41,384 nucleotides of DNA from Candidatus Shapirobacteria bacterium S2_F12 (lineage in GTDB: Bacteria; Patescibacteriota; Microgenomatia; UBA12405). The position numbers and the translations under genes were made by a program. The DNA lies in contig JAEHHB010000002.1 of assembly GCA_019248165.1 (NCBI GenBank), positions 1-41,384 of the forward strand, read 5' to 3'. The notes under the pieces are model-generated. The model was not told the DNA's origin, did not search any database, and saw only the letters and a program-made list of their open reading frames with translations. Shown here one piece after another: positions 37,752 to 41,384 of this stretch. The number at the start of each line of letters is the position of its first letter. Positions within the stretch are counted from its first letter, which is position 1.

Positions 37752-39345
37752 CTTTTAGATATAGTATATAAGCTTCCCCATCAGTCAAAAAATTGTTTCC
37801 ACTTTTTTTGGTGCCATAAAGTAGCCCGGTTAAATTAATCTTTTCGAAAGAGGCAAGATATCCGTTGTTTTCAATAGTAGTTTTTATATTTTCGCGTTCT
37901 TCGTCGACTATTAATTGAGTGGTGTGAAAGGGTAAAATAATTTTAAATTTCTTTTTTATTTCCTCATCAAAATGGGCAGTTCCGACCCAGATAGTTTCAT
38001 TTTTTGGTGTTATAAAGTTTGTATCCCAAAAATGAATATGATGGCGAGACCCAATAGAGTTTGGAGATGTGGGTAGTCCGTAGGAAAACGGGCTTGGTTG
38101 AGTATCCCAAAATACGGGCAGACCTGGGGTTTGAGGATAAGACTGTTTGGTTAACAATGAGGTAATTATTTTGGTGTAAGATTTAAAACTAGGTCCGTCT
38201 AGTTGGTACCAACCAGAATCAGTAAAAGCCCTGTCAAGTGTTTTTCTGTCGGAGACAATAATTATGTTTATCGGTTCGGCAGGGACAGAACTAATTGACT
38301 CGCTTACTTTTGGCAAAGAATTAAACAGTTTGTTGGTTATTTGAGAGGTTTCTATAATAGTTTTGGTTACAGGGTTAATTGGAGTTTGTTCAAGAGGGTG
38401 AGTAAAGAAAAAATAGAAAATATAAACTATCCAGACAGTAATTAATAGGATGCTTGTAAGTGTAAGTGTTTTTGTGTTTAATTTAACTTGAATTTTTTTG
38501 GGTGGATCAAACCTTTTTTTTATTTTTAGTGAAGTAATAATAATGCTTAACCAAGCTAAGCCAACAGCTATGCCGGCAAACACATCTGAGGGCCAATGTG
38601 CTCCGAGATAAATCCGAGAAGTGCCTACTAATATAATTAAGCTAATACCGACTATAAAGCTCAAGGTCTTTATATATTTGTTCTTGCCTGATTGGATTAT
38701 GAAATAGACAAAAAGTCCATAAAAAGCGATAGCTACGAAAGTGTGCCCGCTTGGCAAACTATAGGTAGACTCGGACACAAGGGCGTTGGTGAGGGGTGGT
38801 CGTGGTCTTTCGACAATGTTTTTTATTATCCAAACAAAAAATTCTCCTCCGATTACTGATATCAATAGGGTCACTAAAATTCTCCACCTTTTGTACAAAA
38901 AAAGGAGGATCGATGAAACTATTAAACCGACAGCAATGATTTCGCCTTTGGCCAGATAAGTAATAAACAGCATTTGTTGGTTAAGTTTTGGGTGACGTAT
39001 CATGCTAAAGAGGTTGATAACTCTTAAGTCAAACTGAACTAACCTGTCTTGGCCGATATAGTTTCTAACAATGACAAAAAAAAGATAAATAAACGATAGA
39101 GTAAAAAGTGTGCCAATAGTGAAATGGAAACCGTATCGATGGTTTTTGGTGAATCTTTTTTTGAAAAATCTAAAAGTTTTAGGGTATTTATTTTTGAGAC
39201 GATCAATTTCCGGGTCATTTTTAACTCCGCGTCCAATAGATTTAGTAATTGATTTTATAAGTTTGACCATAATTTGATGAAACGTAAAATTTACTTTGTA
39301 AGTTAACGTTTCTAATAATGTTGAACGTACAATTTTGTTTGACAA
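37738..39345 (-). CDS. PAP2-family membrane phosphatase fused to an LssY-like C-terminal domain
   Basis: PAP2 motifs RPRP, PSGHT and SRIYLGAHWPSDV, followed by a soluble C-terminal domain of about 230 aa. Confidence 0.75.
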   Translation of the reverse strand: MSNKIVRSTLLETLTYKVNFTFHQIMVKLIKSITKSIGRGVKNDPEIDRLKNKYPKTFRFFKKRFTKNHRYGFHFTIGTLFTLSFIYLFFVIVRNYIGQDRLVQFDLRVINLFSMIRHPKLNQQMLFITYLAKGEIIAVGLIVSSILLFLYKRWRILVTLLISVIGGEFFVWIIKNIVERPRPPLTNALVSESTYSLPSGHTFVAIAFYGLFVYFIIQSGKNKYIKTLSFIVGISLIILVGTSRIYLGAHWPSDVFAGIAVGLAWLSIIITSLKIKKRFDPPKKIQVKLNTKTLTLTSILLITVWIVYIFYFFFTHPLEQTPINPVTKTIIETSQITNKLFNSLPKVSESISSVPAEPINIIIVSDRKTLDRAFTDSGWYQLDGPSFKSYTKIITSLLTKQSYPQTPGLPVFWDTQPSPFSYGLPTSPNSIGSRHHIHFWDTNFITPKNETIWVGTAHFDEEIKKKFKIILPFHTTQLIVDEERENIKTTIENNGYLASFEKINLTGLLYGTKKSGNNFLTDGEAYILYLKDETR

Positions 39346-39365
39346 AATATTACGTTCTTACGTTG

Positions 39366-39436
39366 TGGACCCAGGCGGACTTGAACCGCCGACGACTCAG
39401 TGCGACTGAGATGTTTTACCACTAGACTATGGGCCC
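39366..39436 (-). tRNA. tRNA-Ala (anticodon CGC), CCA not encoded
   Basis: The reverse complement reads GGGCCCATAGTCTAGTGGTAAAACATCTCAGTCGCACTGAGTCGTCGGCGGTTCAAGTCCGCCTGGGTCCA. It has the G3:U70 Ala identity pair, anticodon loop GTCGCAC and T-loop TTCAAGT. There is one mismatch each in the D stem and the anticodon stem. Confidence 0.78.
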
Positions 39437-39453
39437 GAAGAATAAACCTCTTT

Positions 39454-39499
39454 GTCCCTCAGAAACTTCGGGACATCTCCCCTTAAAAAAGGGAGAAGT
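39454..39499 (-). other. Two adjacent hairpins between pth and tRNA-Ala
   Basis: GTCCC at 39454-58 pairs with GGGAC at 39470-74. ACATCTCCC at 39473-81 pairs with GGGAGAAGT at 39491-99. No U-run follows on the minus strand. Confidence 0.4.
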
Positions 39500-40027
39500 C
39501 TATAAAATATTATTTATTTCTTCAAATATTTTTGGAATGAGAGACTTTATTATATCTGATTCTGGTTTTGAAAAAGGTTGCAAAACATAATCTTCTATTG
39601 GAATGCTGCCGGTTGGGTTCCCAATCCCAACTCGAATCCGGTGAAATTGCTGAGAGTTTAAAGCTTCAATTATAGATTTTATTCCATTGTGCCCAGCCGA
39701 GCTTCGATCAAATTGAATTCGGTAGTCCCCTACTCCCAAATCAAGGTCGTCATGAATGACAATAATGTCTGATGGTATTATTTTATAAAATTGAGAGATT
39801 TTTTTGACAGTGAAGCCCGAATTGTTCATATAATCTAAAGAGGTGGCAAAAATTTTTTTGTCACCACTCTCCCCTATTTCATAAATTTTTGCAGATAAAG
39901 ATTTTTTTTCTTGAAGAGTCGATTTATATTTGGCCTCTACGTATTGGTTAACGATTATTTGGCCCAGATTGTGGCGAGTGTTTTGATATTTAATACCTGG
40001 GTTACCTAGTCCGATAATCAATTTCAT
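39500..40027 (-). CDS. pth: Peptidyl-tRNA hydrolase
   Basis: MKLIIGLGNPG...TRHNLG...HDDLDL...GHNG signature. Confidence 0.95.
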   Translation of the reverse strand: MKLIIGLGNPGIKYQNTRHNLGQIIVNQYVEAKYKSTLQEKKSLSAKIYEIGESGDKKIFATSLDYMNNSGFTVKKISQFYKIIPSDIIVIHDDLDLGVGDYRIQFDRSSAGHNGIKSIIEALNSQQFHRIRVGIGNPTGSIPIEDYVLQPFSKPESDIIKSLIPKIFEEINNIL

Positions 40028-40033
40028 TGGTTT

Positions 40034-40042
40034 ATTTTAGCA
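40034..40042 (-). promoter_or_regulatory. Extended -10 (TGCTAAAAT on the minus strand) 6 nt upstream of the pth ATG
   Basis: The reverse complement of 40034-40042 reads TGCTAAAAT, followed by AAACCA and then the ATG. Confidence 0.4.
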
Positions 40043-40187
40043 CTCAAAATGTGGGAATATATAATATATATAGATATATATAATAGTACATAGATGTCTA
40101 GTGATATTAAGTATTATACTTTGATAGTTATATATACCCTAATCGTTGGGGAAATATTTTTTTGAAGCTGTATTAGCAATCAAAACT

Positions 40188-41384
40188 TTAGACTGCTAAT
40201 TGGTTGAAGTCTGTTTCTGAAATAATTTTGGTACCAAATTTTTTGGCACTTATAAGCTTGGATGAATTTGATTGGATTTCGTTGGTAACTAGGTAATCAG
40301 TATTAGAGGTAACCGATGAGTTCAATTTCCCTCCAAGGGAAACAATTTTATCTTCGAGGGTTTTTCTAGGAACAGAGAGAGTACCTGTGATGGCGAAGCT
40401 CAACCCTTTTAGGGTTGAATTTCTAATTTCTAATTTCAAATTTATAACTAAAACTTGGGAAAGAATTGATTCAATAAAATGGCGGCGAGATTGGATACCT
40501 TGAAAGATTTTTTGGGCAAGGGTGATTTTTATCCCGGGCAATGATTCGAGTTGGGCGATGGTTATGTTAATTATCTTTTCGGGGGTATTAAAACCGGCGT
40601 TAATTAATTGAATAATTCTTTGAGTGCTAAAACTGGGAATTATGGCTGAGTCTAATATTTGTTTTAGAGTGAGTGATTTTTTAGCTTGAATCTCATGGAC
40701 AATGTTATTGCCTGATTTGGTTCCGAGGCCGGCGATGTTTTCGAAATCAGATACTGTGAGTTTGTAGAAGTCACCGGGTAATTTTACTAACCCTAATTTA
40801 TATAATTTAGAAATAGTTTTGTCAGAGATCCCTTTAATTTCTAGAGTGTCGCAAAATAGTTTTAAAGATCCTAATATTTGAGCTTCGCAATTTTGAAGGT
40901 TAGGACATTTCAAAAACTTGTTTTCTTGAATTAGTTTGGTGTGACATGAAGGACAATTGTTTGGTGTAAGAGCATGTCCAGGGGTGACTTTGTTAATCAC
41001 TCTTTCCACATGAGGAATAACATCGCCTCTTCTTTCGATTTCAACTATATCATTTAAGTTAATATTTTTTTCTTTGATTAAATCGTAATTGGCAAGTGAT
41101 GCATAGGTAATGATTGCTCCAGAAATTTCGACTGGATCGACTTGGGCAACAGGAGTAATGGTCCCCATAGGACCAACTTGCCAGTCAATGTTTATGATTC
41201 TAGTTTGACTAGAGCGAGCTGGAAATTTGTAAGCAACTTGACCTTTGGGGCGATTGTTTTTAGACCCCAGTTGAAATTGTAAATTGAGATCGTTAATTTT
41301 GATAACAAGTCCATCAATTTCAAACGGGTAATCCTGTCTTTTTTGATTTAAAAATTGCTGATAAACATTTTCAATTTCATCAAA
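40188..41384 (-). CDS. ligA: NAD-dependent DNA ligase LigA, C-terminal part (OB, Zn-finger, HhH, BRCT); the 5' end lies outside the window
   Basis: The frame stays open upstream of the listed Met to the window edge (...FEIDGLVIKINDL...). It has the C4 Zn finger CPSCHTKL...CPNLQNC, HhH repeats and a BRCT domain (FAITGTL). Confidence 0.95.
   Translation of the reverse strand, partial: FDEIENVYQQFLNQKRQDYPFEIDGLVIKINDLNLQFQLGSKNNRPKGQVAYKFPARSSQTRIINIDWQVGPMGTITPVAQVDPVEISGAIITYASLANYDLIKEKNINLNDIVEIERRGDVIPHVERVINKVTPGHALTPNNCPSCHTKLIQENKFLKCPNLQNCEAQILGSLKLFCDTLEIKGISDKTISKLYKLGLVKLPGDFYKLTVSDFENIAGLGTKSGNNIVHEIQAKKSLTLKQILDSAIIPSFSTQRIIQLINAGFNTPEKIINITIAQLESLPGIKITLAQKIFQGIQSRRHFIESILSQVLVINLKLEIRNSTLKGLSFAITGTLSVPRKTLEDKIVSLGGKLNSSVTSNTDYLVTNEIQSNSSKLISAKKFGTKIISETDFNQLAV

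Noticed and set aside
40417-40448. TTTCTAATTTCTAATTTCAAATTT repeat that looked like an intergenic element.
   Set aside because: It lies inside the continuous ligA reading frame (encoding ...VINLKLEIRNS...) between the HhH and BRCT domains. It is noted under the heptad finding but is not a separate feature.

Overview
Low-GC, tightly packed bacterial DNA. Hand counts of typical 60-nt blocks give about 30-33% G+C. Genes are short, most lack Shine-Dalgarno sequences and many overlap as ATGA. The style fits a reduced-genome lineage such as CPR/Patescibacteria, but that is inference only. Most of the window is housekeeping: dnaX-ybaB-recR, cysS, rpsF-ssb-rpsR, two PDZ proteases, prfA-like, rpmE, dnaB, lspA-rluD, yebC, pta, an MsbA-like ABC exporter, gyrB-gyrA, a TrmH-family methyltransferase, a MacAB-like efflux operon, pth, ligA and two tRNAs. 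TGA is a real stop here (dnaX, cysS), so the code is standard. Five places stand out. (1) A Xer-type tyrosine recombinase gene sits in about 1.1 kb of ORF-free, repeat-dense DNA (23554-24476 and 25410-25619), with C-rich and CCTATA-type motifs repeated on both sides. (2) A roughly 0.75-kb island of about 48-50% G+C carries one orphan gene between dnaB and tRNA-Leu. (3) The RF1-type release factor lacks all of N-terminal domain 1. (4) A membrane hydrolase-like gene is translationally coupled to a gene with an Rx4H (HEPN-like) motif. (5) Extended -10 boxes recur 6-7 nt upstream of start codons, suggesting leaderless mRNAs. I saw no CRISPR array, transposase, reverse transcriptase or recognisable defence operon.
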